Below, one piece after another: positions 62,226 through 64,000 of a stretch of 64,000 bases of DNA. Each line of letters starts with the position of its first letter. The stretch's first letter is position 1. The notes below the pieces were generated by a model. That model ran no database searches. It was not told where the DNA came from and saw only the letters and a list, made by a program, of their open reading frames with translations. The stretch is taken from the NCBI GenBank assembly GCA_964106645.2, contig OZ067042.1, one strand, 5' to 3'. This DNA comes from Podarcis pityusensis. Lineage: Eukaryota. The position numbers and the translations under genes were made by a program.

Positions 62226-62986
62226 GGAACTGAAATGGACAGATCCTTCCATCTCTGTGCTGTGAATCGTCCTAGAGTCGGGTACAGAGAACACGCCTAC
62301 TTCCCCAATTGCCCCTCTGCTCAAGCCAACAGTCAGAAGATCTGCAGCAGTATCAGGTATCTTTCATGTTGGCTCAATAGACCCATGTCTGAAAAGGCAC
62401 TCCACAGTTGCTGTTCACCATCATATGAGTGGTTCCAGATTGAACAGAAGGGCTGCAGCAACAGTTGACAGAGCTGCGCCGAAGACATTTGCTGATAAGA
62501 TGTCACCCACCCCCAATTCTACATGAAGGAGCCAACCAGGCTGATATTGAATCAGACTTCAACAGTGGCTGCCTACACAGCACCTGAGGGCAACAGGTGA
62601 GCTTTGGGGGCACATAACAGATTGCCTGGCATGCACACAGCTCTTTCCTTCAACTTCCCTCTCCTCCCGCTGCCCTGCTCTGCCCAAAGGTAGAAACCAG
62701 AGAAAAGCTTTAAAAATGGAAAAGAAATCAAACTGATTAGCAATTGTTGATACTTCTTACAGTTCGGTAAGGAATTTTTTAGAAGTGAATCACATATGTA
62801 GAAGTAGATTCTTATAGGAACATGCTTACCTTTATGTATGTATTTACTTTTTTATTTTAAAAAATTGAAAAGCAATTTAAAAAAACCAAAAAGATGTTGT
62901 CTTTATTTTCAAAGAAAAGGATGCTTTGCTGAAAAGCAGAGAAGCGATTTTAAAAATCAAAAGAGTGTTCTTTGTAATTCATACTG

Positions 62987-63035
62987 CAAAAAAAAAAAAA
63001 AAAAAAAAAGACAAGAGGGTGGGCAAAATGTAAAC

Positions 63036-63077
<42 letters not shown>
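62987..63077. repeat. Poly(A) run followed by (GA)n microsatellite
   Basis: Direct reading. Confidence 0.9.
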
Positions 63078-63080
<3 letters not shown>

Positions 63081-64000
63081 GGCAAAACACACAAACGGTG
63101 GAAAGATTTTCACAGGTCTCGATTTGTGTATATAAGCAGGTTGTGTTAGTACAGCAACATAGACACTTCCAACAGCCATGATGACAGATGGTGACTCAAG
63201 CTGCTGTAATAAAACCGAGTGAAAAGTGGTGTTGGGTTGATGGGCGCTCCTCAAGCGCCACAGAGGCTTCAGATGTTGCATTATTTCTCGGTACAACATT
63301 GCAATTAGGAGAAAAATGCCAAATTAACATTTACCAAAACTTCGCTGATTAACAGTCTTGCCTAGACTTGCCTAGAGGGGTGGACACTGCAGAGACGGGT
63401 ATTTTTGTGCGATAATTGCTCTCGTGTCGCAGGCGTCTCTGCAGTTTGTCAGATGCCACTAGGTGGAAGATCTAGCACCACAGATTTAAACTGTGGCTGC
63501 CATTGGAGTGCCAGCTCCCATCCTGTGAAGAGAGTGGGAGAGGTGCGGTGGGGAGGAAAGTGGACGGAACAAGAATAGACCTGCAGAATAAAGAAGAAGG
63601 GACAGAGAGAACTTGCGCTGTGCATTCTAGGAAGTCGAAGAGTACCGAAACAAAATGCACCTGCCATTTAAATGACAGGTTCCAGGATAAAGGGCTTCAT
63701 TAGGAGTATGTGGTTAACAGTGGGCTGGTAAGAGGGTGAACTTATTTGGTGATGAGTAGGAAAATAAAGCATATTTTCTAATATTTATCAAGTGAAATAG
63801 ATACGTTGGCTGAGCCTTAGCTATCAAAAGCTAGGATTGCACTAACTAACTGCATTGCAAACAGTGCCGATGCCCCTAATACCTTGATGGTTGTCTTGTT
63901 GCTTTACCCCCTAAAATATGTGTCAGACTCTGGGGAATTCTCTCCCTCCCCTGGTGGCCGCAAGGAGCAGATAAAAACAAAGAGTTCTTACTAATGAGTT

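Overview
Vertebrate nuclear DNA, almost certainly a squamate and most likely a lacertid lizard, judged from Sauria-type SINEs with (ACCTTT)n tails. The only cellular gene I can support is the 3' part of renalase (RNLS) on the + strand. It has three coding exons, equivalent to human exons 5, 6 and 7 (11316-11489, 25345-25520, 40128-40280; 174/176/153 nt), all with canonical AG/GT sites, a stop codon, and AATAAA at 40402. The window opens inside a young, apparently intact L1 LINE on the - strand within the preceding RNLS intron: a 5'UTR of about 1.3 kb, ORF1 at 914-1909, and ORF2 starting at 880 and still open at the window edge. The rest is intronic and intergenic DNA dense in Sauria SINEs (5 of 6 with TSDs), Tc1/mariner (Tigger-like) MITEs, hAT elements with 8-bp TSDs, CR1 and L2 fragments, microsatellites and one 179-N gap. 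Almost all other ORFs in the supplied track are chance or shadow ORFs. I cannot demonstrate a new biological system. The best leads are: (1) a MITE flanked by a 53-bp inverted duplication of its own flank; (2) inverted SINE/MITE pairs bracketing RNLS exons 5 and 6, which could drive skipping or circRNA formation; (3) a consensus splice donor in the L1 5'UTR pointing into RNLS; (4) an acidic Gly/Glu tail on L1 ORF1p. Repeat family names come from recalled motifs, not database searches, and boundaries of old repeats are approximate.
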